DNA from: Turneriella sp.
GTDB lineage: Bacteria; Spirochaetota; Leptospiria; Turneriellales; Turneriellaceae
Length of the DNA stretch: 64,000 nt
Reading direction: 5' to 3'
Assembly (NCBI GenBank): GCA_965279515.1
Contig: CBDIID010000003.1
Location: forward strand, 1,344,001 to 1,408,000
Both the position numbers and the translations under genes were made by a program. Below are positions 19,332 to 29,140 of this stretch, piece by piece (the stretch's first letter is position 1; every line of letters starts with the position of its first letter). Under the pieces are notes generated by a model, which was given only the letters and a program-made list of their open reading frames with translations, was not told where the DNA came from and ran no database searches.

Positions 19332-20456
19332 TTAGTTCCGCTTATTCAGCCAGTCGACAATGCGCGGATGTACTTCTTTGTGCGCTTCTTTACCGAAAAT
19401 AAGATCGGTATGCCCGTAATCGTCGATGTAACCATCGGCGCGTGAAAAAATTTCAAACGTCTTGTCCGCGCTGCCGACACGCTCATACACATCGCGTACC
19501 ACGGCCGGGTCTGCCAGCTCGTCGCGGCGGCCGGCGAGTAAATAGACCGGAACCGTAACGTTCTTCAGATTTTCTTTGTAAGAAATTTTTCCATCCACGG
19601 AGAAAATCCCACCATTCTCAGTCATGTGTATAAATTGTTTAATCTCGGGTTTTGAGATATTATTGAGCGAAGCGCGCAGCAATTGTTTTTTCACCTCGTC
19701 CGAAGTATTTTCGGGATTGAGAAATGCCTGCGTGAACGGCGCATAGAGCGCTTCGGGCACCAGGCTCGCCATCATTCCGCCAGGACGCACCGGCAGCATG
19801 GGCAAGAGCGCCATGCCACCGCGCATGCGGTAGAGCATGAATGTCCACTTGTTATAAGGAAGAAAACTCATCGGCGAAGCAATCGCAATAAAATTCGCGA
19901 CGCGGCTCTCGCCATAGCTGCCGAGCCGCGCATGCATGATGATGCCGCCCATGCTGTGGCCGATATAATTGATCTTGGCCGCGCCTGTCTGCTTTTGCAC
20001 AAACTGGATCGCGGTATCTAAATCTTCCTGGATGTAGTGATCGATGTCGTAACTATAGGTATGTTTGCCGAACCAGTAGCCGGTTTCATCGGCATCGCTG
20101 CGGCCGCGCAAATCCATCAGCCAGACATCGTAACCCGCACGCTGCAGGTTGCGGATGAGGGAATCCTCATCCTTTGCCTTGAAGTACTGCCTGTTCGCGC
20201 CGAGGCCGTGGCAGACGAGCACAGGGTATTTATGTTTTTTTGCGGGGTCGAGCGAAGGCAAATGTTCGATTGTCAGTGTCCAGTCGTCGCGCGTCACCAC
20301 GGCGTGTTTTTCTCCCTGCACAGGAATGGAGACGCAGGCGTTGAGAAATAGAATGGCGAGGCATGCAATGATTGTACGCCCCAAGTTTGGGGGAGGTAAC
20401 TCTGCTCCCTTCCCCCAGACTTGGGGGAAGGGATGGGGTTGGGGGCGAGAGATCAC
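19332..20456 (-). CDS. Alpha/beta hydrolase lipoprotein (lipase/PHA-synthase-like)
   Basis: CHGLG, GHSMGG nucleophile, GRRD, YGHTDL; lipobox LNAC. Confidence 0.88.
   Translation of the reverse strand: MISRPQPHPFPQVWGKGAELPPPNLGRTIIACLAILFLNACVSIPVQGEKHAVVTRDDWTLTIEHLPSLDPAKKHKYPVLVCHGLGANRQYFKAKDEDSLIRNLQRAGYDVWLMDLRGRSDADETGYWFGKHTYSYDIDHYIQEDLDTAIQFVQKQTGAAKINYIGHSMGGIIMHARLGSYGESRVANFIAIASPMSFLPYNKWTFMLYRMRGGMALLPMLPVRPGGMMASLVPEALYAPFTQAFLNPENTSDEVKKQLLRASLNNISKPEIKQFIHMTENGGIFSVDGKISYKENLKNVTVPVYLLAGRRDELADPAVVRDVYERVGSADKTFEIFSRADGYIDDYGHTDLIFGKEAHKEVHPRIVDWLNKRN
20378..20446 (-). repeat. C/G-rich REP-like palindrome within the 5' end of the hydrolase gene
   Basis: CCCCAACCCCATCCCTTCCCCCA-AGTC-TGGGGGAAGGGAGCAG plus CCCCAAACTTGGGG; related to 40643-40679. 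Confidence 0.75.
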
Positions 20457-20989
20457 AGATAAAACCCCATACGCACGCGGAATGTCGGGGCGCTCAAATC
20501 GATTGCCGTGTCCCTCGCGTATTGCAGAACGCTATAACCTGCTTCGCCTTCGAGGAAAAAGACACCCCAATAATAGAGTGTGATGCCCACGACGGGAGTC
20601 ACACGCGTCGACCAACTCGCAGGCAAACCGGGCGCGGCGATGTGCACAAACCCGGCATCGGCGCCGAGATAAACGTCAAACCAGAAGCGCGGGAACAGGT
20701 GGAAAGCGCCACCCATCATAAAGGGATAATACTTCATATCGCTGAGGGTCGTTGACAGCGGAATGCCCGCATTGCCGCGCACCGAAAAATGATCGGTGGC
20801 GAAGAACTCGAACGAGCCCTGCAGCAGGTGGGCGCGCGCGGGGGATTGATTTTCCTGCGACCAGCCAATACCGAGCTTGAGGTTATTCGCCTGAAAGCCA
20901 TCGTTCGTGTTTATACCATGCTGGTTCGGTGCAACCGCGGCAAGCGATGCGGAAAAGACACAGCAGACTGGGATCAGAATTCTTCGCAT
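20453..20989 (-). CDS. Small outer-membrane beta-barrel-like protein
   Basis: Signal peptide MRRILIPVCCVFSASLAA, alternating beta strands, C-terminal RMGFYL. Confidence 0.7.
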   Translation of the reverse strand: MRRILIPVCCVFSASLAAVAPNQHGINTNDGFQANNLKLGIGWSQENQSPARAHLLQGSFEFFATDHFSVRGNAGIPLSTTLSDMKYYPFMMGGAFHLFPRFWFDVYLGADAGFVHIAAPGLPASWSTRVTPVVGITLYYWGVFFLEGEAGYSVLQYARDTAIDLSAPTFRVRMGFYL

Positions 20990-21024
20990 GGGGCATCCGC
21001 AGAAAATTGACGCTTGCGTCAAGA

Positions 21025-23031
21025 TTATTGCTTGAGCGCGTTCACGGCGCTGTAAAAACTGCGTGAATGCTGGCGCGAGTCCAGTAGAATCTTACGGTAC
21101 TTCTGTGCAATATGCGGGGTCACCGAGGCGGTATTGTTTTTTTCATCGGGATCTTTCGCCAGATCGAACAGCTCCTCAAAGCCGTCATCGATACGGTAAA
21201 TATATTTCAAGTGGCCGTCCACAACACCGACGATGTCGTCGGCCCATTGTGCGTGGAAAAGCGCCATCTGCTGCGGGTGCGCCGACAACAGGCTCACACC
21301 CTGGTAGTGTTTTGGCGCCTTTATGCCGGCAATATCGAGAACAGTGGGCGCAATATCGATCATGCGCGAAACACCCTCGTAGCGGATTTTATTCGGGAAT
21401 AAGCCCGGGTTCACGATCACAAACGGCACGCGCACATTTTCTTCATAGACATAGAGCGAGTGCAGGTAATTTCCCGGATGCTGGTAGAACGCCTCGCCGT
21501 GATCGCCGAAAATAAACACCACTGTATTTTTCGCGAGATGATTGCGCTCAAGCTCTGCCATAAATTCACCGAGCACGTAGTCTGAAAAATGCAGCGAGTT
21601 GATATACTGCAGCCAGTACTGCTGCTTGCGCCCCGAATCAGTGGCGAGTTCTTCTTTAGTAATATTAAAGCGTTCTTCGGGCACAAGATAGGGATGGTGT
21701 GGTGAGATCGGCATCACCACCGAAAAAGCGGGATGCCCCGATTTTTCGCGCATGAAATTAATGAATGGCTTCAGCATGACGCGGTCGTCGGCCTGCCAGG
21801 TCGGGTCGATGGGGGGATATCCCTTGTGGTCGAGCTCTTCAAACCCGACTTGCAGATCGACCTTGCGGTGGCGCAAATAATCGCGGCGGCAGAAATTATC
21901 GAGCCCCGAACCGTGAAAAACCGCCGTGCGATAGCCCGCCGCTTTCAGTGTCTCGTAGATCGACTCGACCGCGATGTGCGGCTGCGAACACGGGATGAAA
22001 TTTTTGTCGGGGTACTGGTAGGCGGATGTCAGCACCGTGTAGAATGTATTAATCGAAAGCGGAAAATTCGCGTAGTGGTGCTCGCCGTTAAACCCGCGTT
22101 CCGATAATGCCCTCAGGTTCGGCATGACATCCTTACCTTTATATTTCAGGTGCATGTACGCGGCAGACGTCGACTCCATAAAATAGAGCACAACATTGAG
22201 TCCCGTGCCGCGTTCAAAAGGGACGCGCGGGTAGAGCCGGTTAAATTCATGCGAATCGGTATTATACCGCGCGAGCGGCGACGCGCCTGTGTCTGAAAGA
22301 GCAACCGTATTTTCAGGCAATGCCACGGGCGTCGCGGGCGTTCTCTTGCGAAAGACATGCGCCATCAGATGACTTAGGGGATTTGAAAAAACCGAATGGA
22401 ATTCAAAGCGGGCGCCCTTACCGCCGGTCACCGGCGCCGCGGGCGCGGTGGCGCCTAACATAAAAAATACCGCAAACAGCGCAAGAATTGCGCCTGAAAA
22501 AATTCTGCCGAGCGTGTAGCCGCGCACGAGCACCGCGTAGATAAATCCGCCTGCGGCGATTACCGCAACGATCAGAATCGGTATCGCTTTGCGGAACGGG
22601 ATGAGCGACAACTCAGAAAGCGTCGAAGTCACCATGGCGCTTTTGAACGTACCCAGCGATTGGCCGAAGAACGATGTCTGGAAAGGCGATTCAAAAATCG
22701 TGACGAAGAGTAACGCCGCAGCCAGCAATCCGCCGTAAAAAAGCAAAAGCAGCACGATAGCCGTTGCCGTAAATTTCTCGGCGCGGCGGCTGAGGCTTCT
22801 GAAAAACAACGCACCGGGCAAGGCGACGCAGAGCGCGACCAGGGCATCGGTCAGAGCCGAGTGGCGTACCAGCGCGCCAAAGCCCAGCGACAAATCGGGG
22901 TAAATGAGCCGCAGCTCAGACAACAACAGAAACCGATAGCTGACCGCGAAGAAAAGCGCCGAAACCAGCAAAAATGCCATGACGAAAACGCCTAACCAGA
23001 ACCGTTCGGAGCGCCCCCTCAAAAAATCCAT
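21025..23031 (-). CDS. LTA synthase / sulfatase-like membrane protein
   Basis: N-terminal TM helices, NVVLYFMES, HHPY, FGDHGE, DIAPTVL. Confidence 0.85.
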   Translation of the reverse strand: MDFLRGRSERFWLGVFVMAFLLVSALFFAVSYRFLLLSELRLIYPDLSLGFGALVRHSALTDALVALCVALPGALFFRSLSRRAEKFTATAIVLLLLFYGGLLAAALLFVTIFESPFQTSFFGQSLGTFKSAMVTSTLSELSLIPFRKAIPILIVAVIAAGGFIYAVLVRGYTLGRIFSGAILALFAVFFMLGATAPAAPVTGGKGARFEFHSVFSNPLSHLMAHVFRKRTPATPVALPENTVALSDTGASPLARYNTDSHEFNRLYPRVPFERGTGLNVVLYFMESTSAAYMHLKYKGKDVMPNLRALSERGFNGEHHYANFPLSINTFYTVLTSAYQYPDKNFIPCSQPHIAVESIYETLKAAGYRTAVFHGSGLDNFCRRDYLRHRKVDLQVGFEELDHKGYPPIDPTWQADDRVMLKPFINFMREKSGHPAFSVVMPISPHHPYLVPEERFNITKEELATDSGRKQQYWLQYINSLHFSDYVLGEFMAELERNHLAKNTVVFIFGDHGEAFYQHPGNYLHSLYVYEENVRVPFVIVNPGLFPNKIRYEGVSRMIDIAPTVLDIAGIKAPKHYQGVSLLSAHPQQMALFHAQWADDIVGVVDGHLKYIYRIDDGFEELFDLAKDPDEKNNTASVTPHIAQKYRKILLDSRQHSRSFYSAVNALKQ

Positions 23032-23127
23032 CCGTTATACATACGCCGACTTTCACACTGAAAAGCCATTTCCTGGGCAAATGGTATTTTGATTTTCATC
23101 CTGTCGGTCTGTCCTGAGAAGAGACCC

Positions 23128-24393
23128 ATGCAGGCGCGATGGGTTCCCGTTTTAGCCTTAATTTTCGCAACACAGTGCGCGTACAACAACCGCGTCTCTG
23201 CGCCCGAAACGTCGGCCACCCCTTCGACGCCGTACGTACCACCGACCGCCGCGACCCCCGACACAACCCCACCCGCGAATGTCAGCTCCGTGCTCATCAC
23301 GGGCTGGGCCAACACGCTGCAAATCAGCTGGACTAACCCCGCAGACACGGATTACAAGGCCACACGCATCTATTGGGCGACTTCCGCTGCTAACCTGAAT
23401 TCGGCGGGTACGCGCACGCTCCTGTGTGATGATTGCCTGCCCGGCTTGTTGCATACTGGCCGCACGAATGGCACGCCATACTATTATCTGTTGATCTCTT
23501 ACGATTATGCCGGCAACGCGGCAGCGGGAGTGACGTCTAGCGGCACTGCTGCAAACAATAGTTACAGTTGTCCCGATAACACCGCGGCGGATTGCCTGCA
23601 GATTGCCTCTTTTAACCTCGAGTATTTTGTCACGGGTTTTTCCGGCACGAACTCGACGACAGTACAAAACTACAAAAAAACCGGTGCGGCGAATGTGATA
23701 CTGAACGCCGGTTTTGATATCGTTGCGCTACAGGAAGTGAAAGACAATGCTGTTTTCACCGACTGGGTTGCCAATAACCTTGGCGCAGGCTGGGGATACG
23801 CTATCGCCTCTTCGGGCTGCGATGCAAAAACGGCGTTCATTTACAAACAGAGTCTCGTCACTCTCACTTCAGCCACAGAGTTAACCGCGGCACCCTTTAA
23901 CACCGGTGATTGGGATGGTTGCCTGCGCAGGCCATTTGCCGGCATTTTTAAATCCGTCGCTACTTCGCGTATTTTCCGGCTGATCGATGTGCACCTCAAA
24001 TCAGGTTCTGACGCAGCTTCATGCACAACGCGGCAACCGCAGGCCGTAAACCTCAGCAGCTATCTCGACGCTTCGGCTTCTGTTCCGACCCTGCTCCTGG
24101 GTGATATGAATGATGAAGTCAAAGCCGGCGTCGGCATCTGCTCTTCGATTGATACTCTCAACACCATCGAAACAAATCCAAACCTAACAATACTCACAAA
24201 GTCACCGACGATGCAAACCGGCCTCTTCAGCAATATTCCTTTTTCCTCAACGATTGATCATCTGATCGTGAATACCGGGTTTGCGTCGTGGGTCGTTCCG
24301 GCACGCCTGACGTATACCGCCGATGTCATCGCGCACAACGACCAGGGGATCTCTGACCACCAACCTGTCTATCTCTGGATCAAATTACGCTGA
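23128..24393 (+). CDS. Secreted endonuclease/exonuclease/phosphatase with FN3-like domain
   Basis: SFNLE, ALQEV, VHLKS, GDMN, IDH, SDHQPV; P/T-rich linker; ISWTNPADTD. Confidence 0.85.
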   Translation: MQARWVPVLALIFATQCAYNNRVSAPETSATPSTPYVPPTAATPDTTPPANVSSVLITGWANTLQISWTNPADTDYKATRIYWATSAANLNSAGTRTLLCDDCLPGLLHTGRTNGTPYYYLLISYDYAGNAAAGVTSSGTAANNSYSCPDNTAADCLQIASFNLEYFVTGFSGTNSTTVQNYKKTGAANVILNAGFDIVALQEVKDNAVFTDWVANNLGAGWGYAIASSGCDAKTAFIYKQSLVTLTSATELTAAPFNTGDWDGCLRRPFAGIFKSVATSRIFRLIDVHLKSGSDAASCTTRQPQAVNLSSYLDASASVPTLLLGDMNDEVKAGVGICSSIDTLNTIETNPNLTILTKSPTMQTGLFSNIPFSSTIDHLIVNTGFASWVVPARLTYTADVIAHNDQGISDHQPVYLWIKLR

Positions 24394-24411
24394 GGTTGGG
24401 TCTCTTCGATA

Positions 24412-26094
24412 ATGCCCCGCTTTTTTCCCGCATACCTGTTCGCCGTCACAGCCTTGAGTTTCTTCAGCGCGTACCGCACGGGCGAGAACGTTTTTCGTTT
24501 TCCTTACCACAGCGATTTCGAAATCCGGAATTCTGACCCGGGCCCTGATGAGGGCTTACTGCGCGAAAAAATCGCGAAACGGATTTTTCTCATCGTCGTC
24601 GACGGCCTCGGCGACAAGAGTACGGCCGCAATGCCTTACCTGACCGAGCTTAAAAAAAAGGCCGCGTCTTTCACCGCGCTCTCGCCCTTCCCCTCGCTCT
24701 CCCGCCCCGGTTATACAACCATACTCACCGGTGCACCGCCCGAAATTACCGGGGTGAGTTCCAACCTGCCGCAAAGTATGGATGCGCGCATTGATTCTTT
24801 CGTGCGTCGTGTGCACAGCGCCGGATGGAAAACCGCGCTGGTCGGGCTTAGTTGGTGGCTGGATTTTTTCGACACGGATTTCGATATCGCGCGCGTCGAA
24901 TCGGGCTACTCCGCAGGCGACACCATCTTTCGCGAAGACACGCGCGTCGAACCCGGTGTCGGCAAGAACCGCGAAGTACTCTGGCACGGCAAATACCAGG
25001 AAACCCCCGACGGCTGGCGCCATTTTATCCAGCGCTACAACATCGTAGAAAATTTCGGCGACAGTCCTTTCACCGCCGAAAAAGAAGACGCCATCCGCAC
25101 ACGCGAGGCGATACGCATCTGGGAAAAGAAAGACCCGGATTTTATGCTGCTGCACCTGCAAATGCCCGACCAGGCAGGGCATGACCACGGCGGCACCGAA
25201 AATGAATTCTACCGCCGCGCCCTGGCGGAAACCGACGAAAACATACGCCGCGTCGCCGATGCAGTGAGTTTTCGCACCACTGCTCTCGTCATCACGGCCG
25301 ATCACGGCTTCACTGACACAGTGCAGGATGCAGGCCACGGCGGCCACGAAGCCTCGGCGCGGGAGATCCCCCTCGTTTTGGCAGGCCCTTCGATCAAGCC
25401 CGGCTACCACGGCAAGGCAGAGCAGCGCGATATCGCCCCGACGCTCACCGTGCTTGCCGGGGTGGCTTTTCCCGGACACAACACCGGGAAAATTCTCGAG
25501 CCGGCACTCGATCTCTCGCCCGAGCAACTCAACCCCGGTAAGTTCCGGTTGCGGCAGCAAAAAAAACACCTGGCGAATGCGCTGCCTGCATCGCAGACAA
25601 AATTTCTCGACCGCTTTATTTCGGATGAAAAATGGCGGGCCTTTCCCGCTGCCCTGCTGATCGTCTTCGGTATTTTTTTGCTCCTGACGACCGCGCATTT
25701 TCTGCGCGGCACCGCGGCGTGGCTGCTGTTTGTGGCCGGCGCCGGCGGCTGCTACTGGCTGGCATTCCGTGTGCTCTCGGTCTCTTCTTTTTATGTAGCG
25801 TGGAAAAACATCGCCTGGCTACTGGCGATGCATCTCGTGTGGGGCAGCCTGATCGTCATTGCCGCGCGCAAGCTTCGCATTGTGAACCCGGTCTACCATT
25901 TTGTCCTGTTTTCCGGACTCATTTCTTCGCTGTTTGCCGTCGTCACGCCTTGGTATGCCTGGACCCACATGCCGCAAGGTGACCTGGTCTTTGCTTCAAT
26001 CTTCTTTCAAGTCGAGAGCCTCGCGGCATTCCTCCTTTGCCTTTCCGGCGAATGGCTGGCAAAGATTCCGTGGCGTCTTCCGTCGCGGCTTTAG
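24412..26094 (+). CDS. Alkaline-phosphatase-superfamily membrane protein (phosphodiesterase/phosphotransferase-like)
   Basis: IVVDGLG, SLSRPGY, PDQAGH, TADHG, DIAPT; C-terminal TM helices. Confidence 0.82.
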   Translation: MPRFFPAYLFAVTALSFFSAYRTGENVFRFPYHSDFEIRNSDPGPDEGLLREKIAKRIFLIVVDGLGDKSTAAMPYLTELKKKAASFTALSPFPSLSRPGYTTILTGAPPEITGVSSNLPQSMDARIDSFVRRVHSAGWKTALVGLSWWLDFFDTDFDIARVESGYSAGDTIFREDTRVEPGVGKNREVLWHGKYQETPDGWRHFIQRYNIVENFGDSPFTAEKEDAIRTREAIRIWEKKDPDFMLLHLQMPDQAGHDHGGTENEFYRRALAETDENIRRVADAVSFRTTALVITADHGFTDTVQDAGHGGHEASAREIPLVLAGPSIKPGYHGKAEQRDIAPTLTVLAGVAFPGHNTGKILEPALDLSPEQLNPGKFRLRQQKKHLANALPASQTKFLDRFISDEKWRAFPAALLIVFGIFLLLTTAHFLRGTAAWLLFVAGAGGCYWLAFRVLSVSSFYVAWKNIAWLLAMHLVWGSLIVIAARKLRIVNPVYHFVLFSGLISSLFAVVTPWYAWTHMPQGDLVFASIFFQVESLAAFLLCLSGEWLAKIPWRLPSRL

Positions 26095-26187
26095 GCGCAC
26101 ACACGGAAGCACGTCGTGTGCTGCGCGCGCCGCATACCTCCTGTATCGCGTTGACGGTATGTCTCAGAAACTTTTTTTTTCCGCACC

Positions 26188-27171
26188 ATGACACATCCTA
26201 ATGAAGCCCTTTTTGCGGGCGAAAAACCGTTTCCCGTAATCGCTACCTGCGAACACTTCGCGGGCAATGAGAAGATGATTATGAAAGCGTTCAGCTTTCA
26301 GGACGAAAAAGGTCCGGTCTTCGATATCACGCAAGACTGCGAAGACGGCGCGCCCACCGGTCAGGAAAAAGACCACGCCGAAATGATCGTGCGCCTGACG
26401 AACAGCGAGCACAACAAACATAACATGGCAGGCGCACGTATACACGACTACACGAGCAAATACTGGAAACAGGACGTGGACATTCTCGTCGCCGGTGCTG
26501 GTGAGCGTCTCGCCTACATCACGATCCCAAAACCCACAACCTACGAACAGGTTAAGGAAATGGTCGAATATATTCAGGCTGCCGCTAAAAAAGCCGGTAT
26601 CAAACGTGAAATTCCGATCCACGTTCTGATCGAAACACACGGTGCGCTGCGCGACGTTGAAAAGATTGCAACACTGCCCTGGCTGCAGGTCATCGACTTC
26701 GGTCTCATGGACTTCATCTCAGGCCACCACGGCGCGATCGCGCTCTCGAACATGAAGAGCCCGGGCCAGTTCGACCACAAACTGTTGGCACGTGCGAAGG
26801 GTAACTGCGTCGCGGCGGCACTCGCGAACGGCGTCGTACCGGCACACAACGTCACACTTGACCTGAAAAACTTCGAACAGACAAAATCTGATGCATCGCG
26901 CGCGCGCAACGAATTCGGCTTCCTGCGCATGTGGTCGATTTACCCGACACAGATCGACGCGATTGTCGAGGCAATGAAACCCGACATGTCCGAAGTCAAA
27001 AAAGGCGTCGCTGTTCTCATCGCAGCGCAAGACGCAGCGTGGGGCCCGATTCAGCACGAAGGCGAACTCCACGATCGCGCGACCTACCGCGGCTTCTGGA
27101 CAATCGTCCAGCGCGCCCGCCTCACCGGTATCGATATCGGCGCCGAGGCAACAAAGCGCTGGTTCAACTAA
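26188..27171 (+). CDS. HpcH/HpaI aldolase / CitE-like acyl-CoA lyase
   Basis: DCEDGAP, LIETHGAL, DFGLMDF, MWSIYPTQI, GELHDRA; codon usage suggests high expression. Confidence 0.9.
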   Translation: MTHPNEALFAGEKPFPVIATCEHFAGNEKMIMKAFSFQDEKGPVFDITQDCEDGAPTGQEKDHAEMIVRLTNSEHNKHNMAGARIHDYTSKYWKQDVDILVAGAGERLAYITIPKPTTYEQVKEMVEYIQAAAKKAGIKREIPIHVLIETHGALRDVEKIATLPWLQVIDFGLMDFISGHHGAIALSNMKSPGQFDHKLLARAKGNCVAAALANGVVPAHNVTLDLKNFEQTKSDASRARNEFGFLRMWSIYPTQIDAIVEAMKPDMSEVKKGVAVLIAAQDAAWGPIQHEGELHDRATYRGFWTIVQRARLTGIDIGAEATKRWFN

Positions 27172-27194
27172 TTTCGCAATGCGAAATTAGTTGA
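27164..27194. repeat. Perfect 15-bp inverted repeat (terminator or operator)
   Basis: TCAACTAATTTCGCA-A-TGCGAAATTAGTTGA. Confidence 0.8.
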
Positions 27195-27195
27195 T

Positions 27196-27807
27196 ATGCC
27201 CAAACCCAAACAAGCGCGCTGGCAAAAACAAACCCGTTATGACGAGGAGAACCCGAGTCATGACAGGATTTTTGACCGCGTACGCGGCCTGAAAAAACCC
27301 GGGCCGCGTACGACGCAACCCGAGTTCATCGAAGATGATCTTCCAAAAGATGTATTTTTTCCCGTCACGCAAGATGAAATCCGCAGCATGCTCGAAGCTT
27401 TGCCCGCAGAAAGCCTCGTTGGCATCACGCATATCTGGCTGAGAAAAGCGAAGTCGAGCGAGTTCCGCAGCGGCAGAATTCCCTTAGCCGAGTATGTACG
27501 CACCGAAGATATCTGCCTGATCGCACTCTATCCGTGGCCTGAAAACATGCAGACACCGCTCACCGGCAAACCCGGCGATGCGATACTCAACCGTTATAAG
27601 CGCTGGGCGCCGGAGCTCATGAGCCACAAGGCCAAATGGCTGATCAAGTGGCGGGCTGAAACCGTCGGTGATTTCTATCTGACTGAATTATTAAAGGGTG
27701 AAATCAATCACCATGTTGAGATGCAGCAAAAGATGCTCGCCGGACTCATCCGTTCGGGACTCTACGCGCGGCAGCGTTATTTTGAAAACACGCTGGCGCT
27801 GCGCTGA
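27196..27807 (+). CDS. Hypothetical protein
   Basis: 203-aa ORF filling the gap between neighbours; degenerate zincin-like LLKGEINHH. Confidence 0.7.
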   Translation: MPKPKQARWQKQTRYDEENPSHDRIFDRVRGLKKPGPRTTQPEFIEDDLPKDVFFPVTQDEIRSMLEALPAESLVGITHIWLRKAKSSEFRSGRIPLAEYVRTEDICLIALYPWPENMQTPLTGKPGDAILNRYKRWAPELMSHKAKWLIKWRAETVGDFYLTELLKGEINHHVEMQQKMLAGLIRSGLYARQRYFENTLALR

Positions 27808-27808
27808 A

Positions 27809-28993
27809 TCAGTTTGATGACAGCGCCGCGCCGACGCCCGCCAGCGCCTGCCAACCCTTAATATTCACCTCGTCAGTCTCGCCGTTGATATCGCGGGTGA
27901 ACGATGCATTAGCACTGAAGATGCGCGCCTCAGCAAAAAAAGTCACGTAGCCGAAAATCAGCCGCAAACCACCGAGGGCATGAAAACCGTAACCCGTCGT
28001 AGTCGTGTCGAGGCCTTTGGAAAAAACCGAAGTGCCTGTTTTACTATCGGCGGTATAAGAATAAATCAGCCCCGATTTGAGCTGCACCAGCGAGAGACCG
28101 GCGCCGACGCCGATATACGGCATAAAGATACGCCAGAAATTCACGCGCAGTAAGATCTGCAATGACAGTTGGTTGTGCGCGACAGACAGGTAATCATCCA
28201 GGCTAAAATTAAAATTATTCTCGATGCCATCGGTACGCCAGGTTGATTGCTGGTTGGGTATCGCATGCGTGAAACGCAGGAACTCCAGGCCGCCACCCAG
28301 GTATTTAGTATAAAAATGCCCGCGCGCGCCGAACACAAGACCTGGACTTGTCGAAAGTTTGGGAAAAGCCACCGAGCTGTACATCTGTCCCGCGGGCAGA
28401 ATTCCGAGGTAGGTGGTATTGACTTTCTGGACCTTGTTGCTGAATTCGAGTGCCATATCGCCGCTGCCCACACCCCCTAAAGCGTCGAGAAAAAAGCCCG
28501 GGGGCGGCGCAGAGGGTGGAACGTACTCCTGTTCCCAGTCGCGGCGCGTTTCGAATTTTGATACGGAAATTACCTCGAAGGTTTCGGTACGGATAATGCG
28601 GGTCTGCACGACGGCGCGGTGCTTGTCGCCGTCGCTGATTGTACCCAGGATCAAAGCCTGTGCCCCGAGCCCCCGCCCGATCTTCTGCGCCTGGGCATCG
28701 TCGATCGCGCCCGTCTGCTGGAAGGCCAGCTCCTGCATAACTTTGTCCACCATCGCGCGCTCAACAACGGTGACTTTCTTCGACTTGACGAGCCAGTAGG
28801 TCAGGTCGTCGGCCAATTGCCGGCCCAACGGGTGCCCGGGCCTGCCCCGGTATTCCAGCGGCAGAATTGCAACGCGGAGCTTCTCCCCTTTCGCCACACC
28901 ATCGGCCAACTCACCCGCGATATCCTTCGCCATGTCCGCCGAAAGGGCTGTGTTCATCAGGGCGAGAGAAATTATGCATAATATCCGTTTCAT
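27809..28993 (-). CDS. FlgO/CsgG/TolB-N-like domain fused to an outer-membrane beta-barrel
   Basis: VAILPL, VVERAMVDKVMQEL..QQTG..D, IGRGLGAQALILGTI; PYIGVGAG barrel motif. Confidence 0.78.
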   Translation of the reverse strand: MKRILCIISLALMNTALSADMAKDIAGELADGVAKGEKLRVAILPLEYRGRPGHPLGRQLADDLTYWLVKSKKVTVVERAMVDKVMQELAFQQTGAIDDAQAQKIGRGLGAQALILGTISDGDKHRAVVQTRIIRTETFEVISVSKFETRRDWEQEYVPPSAPPPGFFLDALGGVGSGDMALEFSNKVQKVNTTYLGILPAGQMYSSVAFPKLSTSPGLVFGARGHFYTKYLGGGLEFLRFTHAIPNQQSTWRTDGIENNFNFSLDDYLSVAHNQLSLQILLRVNFWRIFMPYIGVGAGLSLVQLKSGLIYSYTADSKTGTSVFSKGLDTTTTGYGFHALGGLRLIFGYVTFFAEARIFSANASFTRDINGETDEVNIKGWQALAGVGAALSSN

Positions 28994-28998
28994 GAGCT

Positions 28999-29026
28999 AT
29001 TTTACAGAACACCCCAGTTCTGTAAA
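28999..29026 (-). promoter_or_regulatory. Sigma70-like promoter overlapped by a 10-bp inverted repeat
   Basis: TTTACA-N16-TAAAAT-N5-ATG; IR TTTACAGAAC-N6-GTTCTGTAAA (29001-29026). Confidence 0.6.
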
Positions 29027-29140
29027 GGATTAAAAGGTCTTCTATTATTTTATTTGCCTTGGCAGGGGCTCCGGCTGAATGCGGTTTCGGGGTGACAAAA
29101 TGTCCCCCCCGGTACTAATAAGGCTCAAGCAAGATCATTT

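Noticed and set aside
26095..26187. Riboswitch upstream of the lyase
   Set aside because: Only two short imperfect stems and no recognisable aptamer consensus
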